Below are positions 51,948 to 64,000 of a stretch of DNA of 64,000 bases, piece after piece; the stretch's first letter is position 1; each line of letters begins with the position of its first letter. The stretch comes from Phoronis australis (taxonomy: Eukaryota > Animalia > Phoronida), in NCBI GenBank assembly GCA_002633005.1, contig NMRA01000195.1:127951-191950 (forward strand). Direction: 5' to 3'. Both the position numbers and the translations under genes were made by a program. The notes beneath the pieces are model-generated. The model was not told the DNA's origin. It did not search any database and worked only from the letters and a program-made list of their open reading frames with translations.

Positions 51948-53234
51948 ACTGGCCACTGACACCCTGATCACTGCTCTTGGTGTAGGTTGGCAAACATTTG
52001 TTTTAATGCTTTAAAATGGCAGAGGGGTTGTCCGTTTAGGTTCGATTATTCTACCGATACCTCAAGTTTTAAATATCCATTTCTGATTCTGATGTTCACT
52101 TCCCTGTAAACTCCCATTACACTGTACTTCTTATATAGCACATCCGTAGCGACATATCCCATAAACCTACTGGTATGATTACTATTTTCATAGTACCAGT
52201 TTCCATACCTATTTTTCAGAAATTTACACCATTTGCAGGCAGGAGTGCACGGTCGATTCTGGACAAAAAAGACTGGGGATTTGATTTATTGTACATCAAA
52301 CATTTATTGTGTGCAGATATTACCGTTGCCCTATTAATCAGTTTTTTATTCCTTGGGAATTTTGTTGACCTTAAGCAAATATAAATATGTACATGTACAT
52401 CTTGACCAACAAGAAAGATAATGATGGGGATGACCTTTCGGATTGTACTGTATATCCTTTATGATTACATGCGAACTTCATTTACGTCGCACTTTCAAGG
52501 ATGTGCAACTATTTCTTGTCTTCTATCTTAAAAAGATCGACATCAGACCGTACTGTGGATTACATTCCCAACTTCCAACAGTTTGGCCTATGACGCACGA
52601 ACAAAAGAATACTGTTGAAAAAACAAATTCAAAACCATGTAGGCCTGCATGCATAAAGTACACCAGTGTAAATGTCGGCATTGATTATGCATACAATTCG
52701 AATGTAAAAGCTCGACGACTGTATTTCCGAACGCATTGGCAATTCCTGGTAGATATTTGTTTGTGTAGTTTGAGTCGGAGGTCGTCCAACGGTCGCCTAC
52801 TGACTGCCGACCCATTGGACACAAATTCGCGACCTGTGCTGTGTAAATTATGTCTGGTCCCATTTAGGCCTACAAACGACACACTTTTGTAGAGTAGCAT
52901 CACCATACAGAAATCGTATATCGTGCATGCTAACAGAGTTGCCACGAACTGTTTTGTTGTGAAGTAACCACATTCGACAATCGTATGTGGCCATCCGGTA
53001 ACATTGACAGAAACACACCTACATGTACAGCCTTGTGTCAATAAATAACCACTTGATGCAGATTGGACACCATTTTCCTGGAATTCTGGTTCTAAAATTA
53101 GTGCAGTTCAAAAGATCATTAAATTTCCTGAAGCATAATGGTATCCTGTGTGCAATTGTCTCCCCTGTTTTAGATATTGGAAGGTGAGACGAACAACTTA
53201 TTTTGGAGTTGATGCATTTTTTCTCACATTTCAG

Positions 53235-53810
53235 ACAGGAATACTTTGGAGATACATCCTGGACATCTTGCTAACGGTTGCAGTAATCCACACGTTAGTG
53301 GTCGTCTACTGGAGAGGGGTCTGGACGCTTATGGACCGGTGGCTGCACCCACAAGACACAAGAATTTCCGGCATTGCAAGCCTCGGAACTGGTTATGCCA
53401 TATTGTCAGCTGCGCTTGTTCTGCAGCCAGTTGTAAAACAAACCCTTCAGGCTTTAAGGAACCTCGCGCTTCCCCGTGTGCTTGTTGCAGACGTGTTTGG
53501 CGTTATTGTTGCTTTCGGTACAGTGAACGTGTGGAGGGGTGTCTGGTATCTAGCTGATGCCTACATCTACCCCGACAACGTGGAGTTAAGTGTTTGGTTA
53601 ACTGCGGGTGTGGGATTTGGAGGTTTACTTCTAGTTCTCGCAAGTGGCACCGTATTGGTCAAAGGATGCTTAATAGACGGCGCGAGTGAGGATATCGAGT
53701 CCAATGTTATTCCTAACCAATACTTCACGTACTTTTTTAACAAACACGTGGAACGTCCATCACAAAAAAACCTTGATTGCAATCATACTACTGCTATAGG
53801 ACAAATTTGA
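53235..53810 (+). CDS. Fuseless-like membrane protein, exon 2 (whole protein ~355 aa from ATG 48280)
   Basis: Acceptor CACATTTCAG|ACA is phase 0. Motifs VVYWRGVWTLMDRWLHP and VNVWRGVWYLADAYIYP. Stop TGA at 53808-53810. Confidence 0.87.
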   Translation, partial: TGILWRYILDILLTVAVIHTLVVVYWRGVWTLMDRWLHPQDTRISGIASLGTGYAILSAALVLQPVVKQTLQALRNLALPRVLVADVFGVIVAFGTVNVWRGVWYLADAYIYPDNVELSVWLTAGVGFGGLLLVLASGTVLVKGCLIDGASEDIESNVIPNQYFTYFFNKHVERPSQKNLDCNHTTAIGQI

Positions 53811-54039
53811 GGCAATGTTATAGCATTTAGTTTTAGAGTGTAGAGTTATGCTGAAGATCTGCCGCCACAATTGTAAACAAGTGCACGTACATTGTATAAC
53901 TCAATCGTTTAATCATTCATTGACCCTCCACTACATCCTGCGTGCTGGTACCTGTGTTTAAACATGAACACGACAGACGAATTGTACTATAAACGGACAT
54001 TATTGTAACTGATACAGTTGCTCTGGCTGGTACAGTTTT

Positions 54040-54530
54040 GAGTCTCTTCACATCGCAAGCCCTACAGATGAGCACAGAAACCTTATACTCTCTTGTATTT
54101 TTGACCCTTTCACTCTCAGTGGAAACCAAGTCAGACTAAGAAAAATAAGGGTAAAAAATGCCAAATCAGCACTTTTCACCCCAAAACCACCACTTCCTTG
54201 CCGATGCTCGACTGAAGCCAATATTAGATTCCTCAAGCAAATTTCTTACCAATTCCAAAAATGTGGTCCAAAAGTACTATCAACCAACTAGTTTTTTTAT
54301 GCAAATCTCTCTTGTTTGAGGGCTACCTGAAATCGCGGCCAACTTCTCGGTTGCAACACAGCAATGCACAATTTGCAACAGGGGGCCAACATCTTGAAGA
54401 ACAGTGCAAATGCAGCCGAGAAAGTGGCCTTTTTTCATTCCCAGCATGTTCATAAATACAGACAAACCACATTCACAGAGCCTACATGCAGTGCCTACTG
54501 ACAAATTGCCTCCAAACTTGGCCTACCCCA
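54040..54530 (+). repeat. Dispersed repeat, copy B (paralog of 15600-16110)
   Basis: Collinear similarity to copy A, read by eye. Confidence 0.85.
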
Positions 54531-55709
54531 AATTTTTAATATTTTGGCAGCGCAAATTGGCCGCGGCAGCAGCTTAACTGTTCAGTGCCACCTTAAGTTT
54601 CGATTTGTCACATGTATGGGATGGTGTTCCGACGTCAATGACGCGCCACCAATTGGCCAGAATAATGATAACGTCACAAGCCACGCAGAAGTCCGTGAGA
54701 TGGGGATGCAACGTCACTAATTTTTGCAAGTTTTTATTCCAGTATTGCATTCAAACTTTATCCATATGAAATAGACTCGTTTATGTAATATTTCCGTTGC
54801 ATATGTAAACATGTACAGTATGTGCAGCTTTTGGCACGCGACATTTTCACAAGATTATCTGATACCCAGCTCATCGAACATTAGACCATGGTTCACTGGC
54901 GTCCGAAGTTCAACGCTCTGCCGACGGAGCTCAGTCTCACAAGAAAAATTGCAGAATTGCGGAACGTGAGTCTTGAAAACGCCTGTATAGCATTTTTCTT
55001 TACTTTGTACACGAACCCACTTTCAAAAGATCATGTTTTGCTTTGAAATTCCCCATTTGTAAGATAGGAGTGTGTTCTGTCCTCTTTTTAATGCAGCGTA
55101 AGGTACAGGTACAGCTGGCACTTTGACACGAGGTGAACCTGTTCTAGTCACCGACTTCGGGATTGACGAGTATACTACATGTACATTCAGTTGCACTCCA
55201 ATAATGTACTTGTAGGAACGAGAAAAAGGGGCACGGTCTCAAAAACACGCTCTGGTGTTCGGCGAATTTAAGTGCCCAGGCCACCGGTCCTCAATTTCAG
55301 CGATTACTTGTCATACAGCGGGAATATTGACGAGTTGTACATGTAATATATTTTTTACCAAGTCTCAATGGGTTTTGTTTTGTTTTGTTGTGTTTATCGG
55401 TAAAAGCTAACGAATTCAAAATGTCTAACCCATCCAAGAATAACCCCAAAAGTACATTTCCAACCGTAATCACGTTGCAAGAGAAAGCACGAGACAATTA
55501 CGTAAAAGTGGAAATATTGTGGGCAATGGGTACATTTTGTAGGCGCGTGTCAAACGAGGCAAAAACACATTTTAACTAAGGTTTGCACTTTACAGAATGG
55601 AGACGAGTGGGAAATTTGTTCATAGCACAACATTGGCTACACTGACTGTAGAATCCACCGGACATACATGTATGGCGGCAATTGAGTGAGTACACATATG
55701 ACATCAGTC

Positions 55710-55858
55710 AGCTTTCCGTTTAGTAATGCTAGGATCCCGCTATAAAGCAAGGCTTCGCGAGACTATATTGCGGTGTAATTTAAATGAGAGCACGTTTCTT
55801 TGGCTAGATTTTAGCTATGTCCTAGCGTAGGTTCTAGCGTTGGTGAACGTACGCCAGT
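55710..55858 (-). mobile_element. Short MITE, inverted paralog of 61711-61893
   Basis: AAAGCAAGGCTTCGCGAGA vs TCTCGAGAAGTCTTGCTTT. Both copies have GGTTCTAGCGTT..TGAACG ends. Confidence 0.6.
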
Positions 55859-58800
55859 TCTCTCACTATAGCGTGATTTTCGGTGGTGCTGAAGCACAGA
55901 AACTGAAACCGAAAATCGGTATTGAAGTCTGTTAATTTGCGTCGAATGGAAATTATATGAGATTAAAAGTAGCGTTAAAATCATTTTGTAAATAAAAAGA
56001 AGCGAAAATAATAGCTTTAAACACGATAAGTTGGGCAGGAATAACTGTATGTACTTAGCACTTTCAATTTTTTGTCAACGGCCACTGTTTCCAGGTCCGA
56101 TCTATCGAATCAAAATTCACCAGTAAATGGATATCCATACATGTATAGGCTTATATAACATTCAACTCTCTATAAAGTCTTCTTGCAACAAAACTTACAT
56201 CAAAGTCTAGCACGTCCAACTGTGCGTAATTTTTGTAAACTCGACTTGCAAATGATACGTACATGTACTTTGTCCGTTGCGTTCGTTTAAAGGATACACA
56301 ATCTGATCATTAATTTTAGACAACAGGGTCGCAATTTCGACATTTTCTTGGCTTTGCGTAGTATCCTAGAACAGGCGCCACCCTCCAAAAGTAGCAAACT
56401 CAGCTTCCGGTTAGTGTATTGTGACTGTAAATTCTCGCATCTATTTTACTGCCTAGTACAACGAAAAAAATCGGCATTAAAAGGCTGTTCAAAGTCTTCC
56501 AATAGTAGAACATTTGGTATCGTGGGTATTTTGGCAGTGCTACTGGTCATGCAATTGCAAAATTCAAATTTCATTGCCCACTAATTTTGTCGTCTGCTTG
56601 CACCATAGCAGCACATAGTTACTCCGGACATTTTGGGATTCAGCGGTCGCGGATCTAGGATACCATAACGGGGGGCAACACGCTGCCTCCGAGAATTGGG
56701 CAATGCATCTGCACTGGCTTCCCGAAAGTTCCGGGGCCGGGGATGTGGACCTTTGGTTCGGAAACCCTATCGTTGGGCTAAAAAAAGAACGGGGACACGG
56801 ATGTGGGAGTGCTCAGACCCCAGGTCTCGGCGGACGGATCCTAGTTACTGAACTCAATATTTCCCAACACTTCGCGCTGTTGCTGAATAATTTTGCTTGC
56901 GGCAGCCTAGGAGGGCTGGGGGGCGTCCCCCTGTGCCCCCTCCCCTCCCAAGTCTGCCTATGTTCAGGCTTCACCTACTGAAAAATTACCAAAGCGTATG
57001 AGTACAAAAATTCAAGTTCGAAAATCGTCGCCTTCGTACGATTCTGTGTTGCTTTTACCAGACTGATGCTCTTCTCCAACTTCCATGACGAAAACCTGCG
57101 TGACACATGTAATTTTGTCCTTTGTTTCTAACCTCTAACCTATTTTTTAAGAAATGGGTGTACTGTTCCTACAATGTATCTCATATTACAGTGCGTAGTT
57201 TTTGTTTTGCAATGCATTAATCGTTTTGAATTCATTTAAATGACCTGGCTTCATTTAGTCGAACAGAAATTAAATTCATTGTAACACTATGAAGTTTGCA
57301 AAATAGAGCAGTATCAGGACACTAAGAATCAAGCTTGCTTTCGAAAAGATTTGTGCCGTTGGTGATCTGATTGGCTCAAGCACTTGCGTCGAGAAAATGA
57401 TAGAGCAAGTGAGTTATTGTGCACGTGTGCATTGTAGCAACGTTTTGTGTATTTTCATTTGGCCGGTCTGTTGATACAGCAAATTTCCTCATTGATTCCT
57501 ATGATTTGACCGCAACTTGAGCTTGTTGGGCTCTACTACATTGGAGGTTGGCATACATTGTACATGTAGGGACCCACGGGGTGCTTACTCGAAAGGGCTT
57601 CGATTTAGCGGCTATTTGAAATTGTGTAGGTGAAGTAAATAAACAAAGTGGATGATTGTCATCCCAGGGATTTCATCATTAGTACATGTATATTTGTCGG
57701 GTGATCAAGTTTTCCGATTCCAGGTATTGTAAGGAAAAAGTGTTTAGCTGAACTGCTAGGTCTGTGGCGTTCTCTATACCTGACCATACTTAAAAAACGA
57801 GGTCCTTGTTTCAACCTGGAGCTGCATAGTAGGTTTTAATTTGTGTAGACATTTCTCTTGGCTGCGAGTTTTTTATAAAATGGGATTGTGTGTAGCAAAC
57901 TAAGGTAAACCCTTAAGACATTACGTGCGGTTCTACTGAAGTGCATGCAAAGTATAAATCTGGACTTCCAAACCGCTTGATTTGAGTTGACATATCACAA
58001 AAGAAAGGTAGGCTCTGTCGTCGTTTTGAAAGGAGACCTGTACATTCGTGACATGCGCCACTTCCAGAATTTTTTCGACATCTCCCATGAGATGATGACA
58101 ACATCGCAGCAAAATTTGCTCTAAACTTCGGTTTACTGATATCAAAATTCTGAAAACTTATAATGAGGTGAAACCAATTCTGATCAAATGTCGTAACGTT
58201 TACGCAACCTCGGCGGAGAACGTTAGATTGAAGAATCTGGGAAAAAGAAACTGACAGGTGACACAATATTTCATTGCGCCGAAAGCCGACGCAAAATATC
58301 ACACCACAATTTTAGCAGCAGAATAACGGTAGAAAATCAATTTTTGCAACGCATTCCCACCCCCGAACTTCCAAATGTAATCTGGGAGAATTTTTAGGGG
58401 TGCCATGGCCCCCTTGCCCCCCTCTAAATCCGCCACTACGAAGAATCGGAAATAAACATCAACCCTGAAGTCACGAGTAGTCGTACAAGTAGACAAACAG
58501 TTGACTGGATCTCTTCGGTGCCGTTACAATGAATCTAGAATTATTGCGTGCGGTATATATCACGCGTGCGTTCTGATGAACTTCGATTAGGCTCATCCAG
58601 TGCCCATGTAACTCGAATTGACGGTACTTAGGATAAGAAGATTGAAACTAAGAAATGACGACTCAGCAGGGCTACAAACTAGTAGGATTCGGCCAAGCTT
58701 GACAGTATAAACGTGAACGTGAAAACGCGCTATGGTGAGTTCAAAGAGGCACGTCAATTCGTCTTGTTGACGTGCAGGATAATTTCGAGAGACTGCAATT

Positions 58801-59279
58801 CAAGGTTTAAAGTTTAGTTAAATTTAAGAGTTTATTTAATTGTCTTTGTATTATGTAAATAGTTATTCGTGTTCAGGGAGAATGAAAGTTATATTTATGT
58901 ACCTCATTACAAACACCTCCCGTTGAGAGTTTCTTTCTGACAAGAGCGATCTTCAAATGTAGAATCTGGACCAACATATGTAGCCTAGTGTTTGTCCTAT
59001 TGTGTTAGTTCACATTCTTTCCGTAAATTATGAAAATGATAGTTTGTTTCCAATGCAGGGCCGGAAGAATTGTGATCCGATATGACTTATTGCACGCCTA
59101 CGTGCTATTCACAGTTATTGCATGTACATGTACATATAATTCAAACGATATTACAATATACATGTACGTATGCCTATAGAACGTGCTCCGAGTCAGTGAC
59201 CATGTAATCGGCATGCCGTAACCGTTGTTTATTTAAATTTTAAAGACATGCTTTGTACTTGGCCTCCGTTGATTAATGT

Positions 59280-59545
59280 AGGGCCCTGACAACACACGAT
59301 TCTGAAAGGTTTGAAAACACAACTTTTTCTTTACGCAGATACGTTTTCTGCACACGCGTACATTCGATGCACGACATGGGCTGACCGAATAAATCAGCCA
59401 AAGTCATTACTTTTTAAAAATGCCCCGCTCAAAAGTGGACGTTTTCAAAACACCGTGTTGGCTGTATTCGTGTAGAAAAGCGAAATGAACAAATTTGTAC
59501 ACTCTGCTCAAAGCACTTTTCCGGACATACGGAAACGCCAACGTC
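59280..59545. mobile_element. Possible PIF/Harbinger-like non-autonomous remnant
   Basis: GGGCCC..ACACGA start, with GTGGACGTTTTCAAAAC and TATTCGTGTAGA motifs that recall Harbinger MITEs. No TSD confirmed. Confidence 0.3.
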
Positions 59546-61710
59546 TCTGTCTTAAAACGCTGCATGTGTTTGGCATTTCTGATGGAGCGCTCTCATGCTG
59601 GAAGTTCTTTTATCGCCGTTTCAAAAAAATTGTAGGTTTTGTTAAAGCTGAGCACAGAAGAATTATTCTGCGATTTTAGGACTGATACGAAACCAAATCT
59701 CGCGTGGTGACTCATTGGAAGGTGCAGAACTCGGGGANGGGCATACAAGCATGATATTTTTTATTTTGGCGCCATAGTTGCCACGTTTCATTCAGGGTCT
59801 CTTACAACCTATAAGGTGGCCAGAGCGTGCGGTATAAACATCACCAGGCTCCTTGCTTTTCAGAAAGTGCACCTGGATGTATTTTCTTTCATTTTTTCGA
59901 CATCCGCTTTACCAAAAGCGCACAAATGCTGCGTACATACAAATACCTCATCACCACATATTCAAATCTTCCGGTTCAAGTTTGTTTTATTCTATATATT
60001 TTTTCAACATGTTCTTGAAAAAAATATTTATTTTTGGAACAATGTCAAGGACCAACTGATTCATATAACTAGCTCAGACTTTAACGACACCGATGCATGG
60101 AAACGGAATGCGCAAAGCCGCTACGATTGGTTGTAGCCTCAACAGTGGTCATTCCGTGATTGATGTCACGGTCTCAAAGTTCGTGGAAATCACAACCATG
60201 TGGTTTCCAAATTAGAGCCTTCCAAGACCGTCGGTTTAGGGCAGTGAGGAATTTCGCGTCTTTACTGCAAGAGTTAATACTACGAAAATAAAATTCCCGG
60301 AGTAAGAGCTCTTCGGTGCAACAACTCACTCACAATCCCATCATGGGCCCGTGATAGGAGACTCGTGAAGAAGGTTAAAAACACAAAAAGATGCCTTTCG
60401 GCGTAAAACAAACAAAAACAAGTGTGGGCGAAGACTGTCAAAAATAGCTTCGACGTTTAGAAAATGACTACGTCGTTGTATTGACAGGGAAGCGGCCAAT
60501 CTAATGCAACATGTTAGCGTCACGAGGCAAAAGATCAAATGTAAAGAAAACTTTCACGTTTTGTTATCCAACACTTGTTGCACTGTCCGTAATCCAATCC
60601 TCAATATTACCGCTTGCCAGTGCCTCCAACTTTAGAATTCGTGGTGTTACACAACCGATGTGAACTCGGTGAACACGGTAAAACTACCTGTAGGTTATTT
60701 AATTGACCCTTTGCCGAGACGAAAATGCATCGGCACGCAAAGTGCTAACAGCCTGACAACCTATTACGCAACTTCTACTCTAGCCTAAAAATAGCAGCCG
60801 ATATTAGAGTCAGCTGGGTGCCGGGTCGCCTTGTGAGTCGGCACTGCGGCCGGCTGCCGGTGGGGTAAAAGTAAGCCAACCGGTCGGCAAATTTCCCGGC
60901 CGGTCGTCTACTCCTAGCCGACTGGTCGGACAAAAAATTGTGATGTGTGCTGTTGTCGAAAACGCAATACATGTATATCTCTTGAAATTGCTTCCCCTGC
61001 CTGTCCTGACTGGGTGTGCAAACAAACACACAAAAGGCTCGTCGGCCGCATTGTTATCAAGTGTACCTGTAATGGGCAAGTTCTAAAACACCTCGAGAAA
61101 CATCCTCCGGCTCACTGATCGCTGACAGGAACAAGTAAGTACAGCAAACTGTTTATTTTAAATCGGTGTGTGTAGGTGCCGCACAGAAGCATAAGTGCTA
61201 GTTATCGTTAAAAACATGTGAATTAATGCAAACACGCATAGTCAAAGTCCTAATGACTTCAAAATGAAGGTGTTAAATTGTTATTTGATTCTTTTTCATG
61301 CCTTGTTATCGGATAGTTCTACACCCCCCTTGTCCCACAACCCCCTCTATCAACAACCCGCTCGACCCAAAGCCGGTTTCGGTTACTTTCGGCTTCGTTG
61401 GGCCTCTACAGCTGTACAAACCGGCACATTTAGCTGCAGACGCGTTTCAAATGAACCAAAAACAAGGCCTACATGTATGTAATCGAATAACGAGCGACAC
61501 ACCTTAATTTCTGAGAGAAACGTACGGCAGAAGAACCTCTGCAGCTCAAAAAACAGGTCGATACTTATTATTTCACTTATAGCAGAACAAGAATGCCGAC
61601 GATTGATAACAGGAATCACGAACCATGTTTAAGTTTGGCGCATCAAACTTCCTCACAAGTGGCCGGGTAAAGTAATTGGCAGCGAGCTGCCATGCTTGTC
61701 TGCATGAGAC

Positions 61711-61893
61711 CTGGGGTGCGTTCAGTAGGGCGCTAGGACCTATAGGCTAGAGCCTAGCTAAAACCAATGAGTTACACTCCTTGCTAAAACCTAGTATAAG
61801 TCACGTGTTCTAATTTAAAATACAATCAATTTCTCACGTAATCTCGAGAAGTCTTGCTTTTAGCGAGGTTCTAGCGTTACTGAACGGGAGGCT
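61711..61893 (+). mobile_element. Short MITE with TIRs
   Basis: CGTTCAGTA..GCGCTAGGACC / GGTTCTAGCGTTACTGAACG. Confidence 0.65.
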
Positions 61894-62056
61894 ACTGTGC
61901 GGAGTTAAAGAGTACCGGTACACTATAATTGCATGTTTTCTTCCGGTGTAACAACACAAAATTCGAATTCATTACATCAAGGCATGGACTGTGCAGCACT
62001 TAAATAAGTAGGGGCTATAGCCCCCAGCCTCCTATGCGCCACCCATAAAATACATG

Positions 62057-62318
62057 CAGAAGCGGATTTACCGGGGGTGAGGCTCAGGGGGTTTAAAACC
62101 CCTCCGCTAGGACAGGTTCAAAAAACATCGCCTGGGACGGGATCTAAAAAAAGAAATTAATAAAACGTGGCCAGGAAAACGAAATCAGCTACAAACACCA
62201 AAATATTGTTACAATGGAAGGGCTAACCCCCTCCCCCAAACTCGGTGCTACCCGCCTCGGATTCGCCCGAANCCCCCCCCCCCCCCTCAGTCTTAATGAA
62301 AACGTAGATTTGCCACTG
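62057..62318. mobile_element. GC-rich MITE (CAG..GCGGATTTA family) spanning a 1-N gap
   Basis: CAGAAGCGGATTTAC ... GTAGATTTGCCACTG. Confidence 0.55.
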
Positions 62319-64000
62319 AAATGTCCAATACTAGACACTAAATAGTTACGATAAAGAGATAATAATTGCGGGAGCCTGATTCATGATAGAATGCACTGGC
62401 CAACTTTCAACTGAGAATTACAGATTTTTTTCTCAGACAAAACTTCAACAGTTCTTCGGAGCTTTTTCATAAAACTCTTAAAGTGTTCTATTTTCTTAAG
62501 TGAATGTGTTTTTCTTTTTCTTTTATTTTCGCAAATTTGCTAGGCCAATGATCGCCGAACTCACTGTTCCACCACGTCTTCAATAAAGGCACCCAACGAC
62601 CGTGACGTAGTAAGATATTGAAATACGGTACGTAAAAAGCGAGAAAATATCTCGATTGCTACAGGTCGTGGGTCTAGAGAGTCTGGGGTCGAGGTGGTGG
62701 TGGGTAGTGAGGGAGTCTAGGGGTATGGGAGTCGAGGGGTTTTTAGAACAATCCCTTGTTTTCCGTATCATAAATACGTCAAGTTACATTGTCAGAGTTA
62801 CGGAAGACTCGGAGAGGTTTCTTTATCTTTGAGACAAAAATATTGCATAGCGACATTGTTAGAAATTCAGTTCTTGACCCGCCAAATTTGTACTTAAAAC
62901 ATTTAATAGATCGTGAAACAAGAGTGTGCAGTAAGTATCGTGTTTTGTCTGGAGTGAGACTGTGGGGGTGTTGTGGTTTATGTACGCTTCTGTATAAGTT
63001 GTGGGCCGATATTTCTCATAAAAAATCGTGCTACAAAACACATAATATAAAGTGCCGATTTCGACAAAGGTATGGAACATATATAACGGAACATCAGACA
63101 GTGGTTGGCGGCTTTCGTTAAAACGTTGGCGAGTTGAGGATTTTTGCTGGAGGAAGTAAAACCGGTGGCGACCGGTCGGATTTCGGCATCGGGGGGACTG
63201 GTGGTTACGGGGGGGGAGCATGTGACCCGGCACTTGCTGGCGACTAAGAGGTGGCATACTCCTACGCCTTCATTCTGGCAAAGGTGTGTACTCATGCTCC
63301 CGATAGTCAAGTCCAGATACCTATGCCTAATGAACGTTTGCAGGGTGCCATACATTAATACTGGTGCCATCGAGTTGGTATTTGAGTGATTGTTGAGAAT
63401 ACATCGGCCATATCTAACCCCCGTGAATATAAATAGTTACTTTCATACACAGTCACTGCACAAGGTATGTTGACATGCCTATGTTGAATTACTGGGTTGG
63501 TCTATGAGCTTAAGAACTTAGGGGGGAAGATGTTACATAATACTCAGTTGATTGCACTTATTTGCTGTGGGCCACGCTTAACCTGGTCATCGAAATTGTG
63601 CATTCAGTTATCGTGAAAAATTCAAAGTGTACAAGGGTAAATGACCGTACAGCGCAAAGGGCCATATTTATCATTGGGGTTACCGTGTAGCTGCGTTCCT
63701 TGAAAGAAAAAGCTCATAAGTACAGCTGTACCGCTTACGAATATAAAGCTGATCTCAGCTGGTTCCTTACCCCGGTGAGAATGGCCTTCCATAGACGCAA
63801 ACGGGCCGCCCCACCAAGGAGCACCGCCTAACGAAATTGAACATCGTGCACCTAAACATCAAAAAGTATACGGAATCAGGAATTTTCCATGAAATGTATA
63901 CGCGTGGAGTATATATTTGTAAATTTCTTAGAAATTATGGACGCATTTAATTTGAGAGCTTTGGTTTAGTCTGTAATAAGAATAGTTTGGTTTGTGCACT

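Noticed and set aside
53148-53234. ORF-track N-terminal extension of fuseless exon 2 (likewise 48772-48819 and 6164-6295)
   Set aside because: Read-through into introns; canonical phase-compatible splice sites define the exons.
54865-54940. tRNA gene on the minus strand (AGCTCCGTCGGCAGAGCG A-box-like)
   Set aside because: No acceptor stem or proper T-loop. At most a decayed SINE head.

Overview
This is AT-rich, repeat-dense eukaryotic DNA with spliceosomal GT-AG introns. It is most likely from a marine invertebrate, possibly a lophotrochozoan (inference). It is a draft assembly with N gaps at 9247-9256, 38083, 59738 and 62271. Three host genes can be assembled by hand with phase-compatible splice sites: a 4-exon MFSD4/NaGLT1-like MFS transporter (+, 6008-11455), a 2-coding-exon coiled-coil protein of unknown family (-, 26676-24178), and a 2-exon fuseless-like membrane protein (+, ~48280-53810). 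The rest is mostly mobile DNA. There are four copies of a ~1.7-1.9 kb TIR element of Kolobok type (TTAA-flanked where the ends are intact) that carries only a THAP domain, and the ORF is intact in one copy. There are also two decayed L1/Tx1 LINEs, CR1/L2 and RTE-like endonuclease remnants, a complete Helentron-associated (HINE/DINE-1-like) element with arrays of CTCF-like motifs, many MITEs, and a perfect 27-bp x ~40 minisatellite. The most striking pattern is dozens of TACATGTA octamers. At three sites, comparison with a paralog or protein consensus shows they are 6-bp CATGTA insertions at a TA, as expected for Tc1/mariner-type excision footprints. I found no CRISPR array, rRNA or intact tRNA. 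All family assignments come from motif recognition, not database searches.
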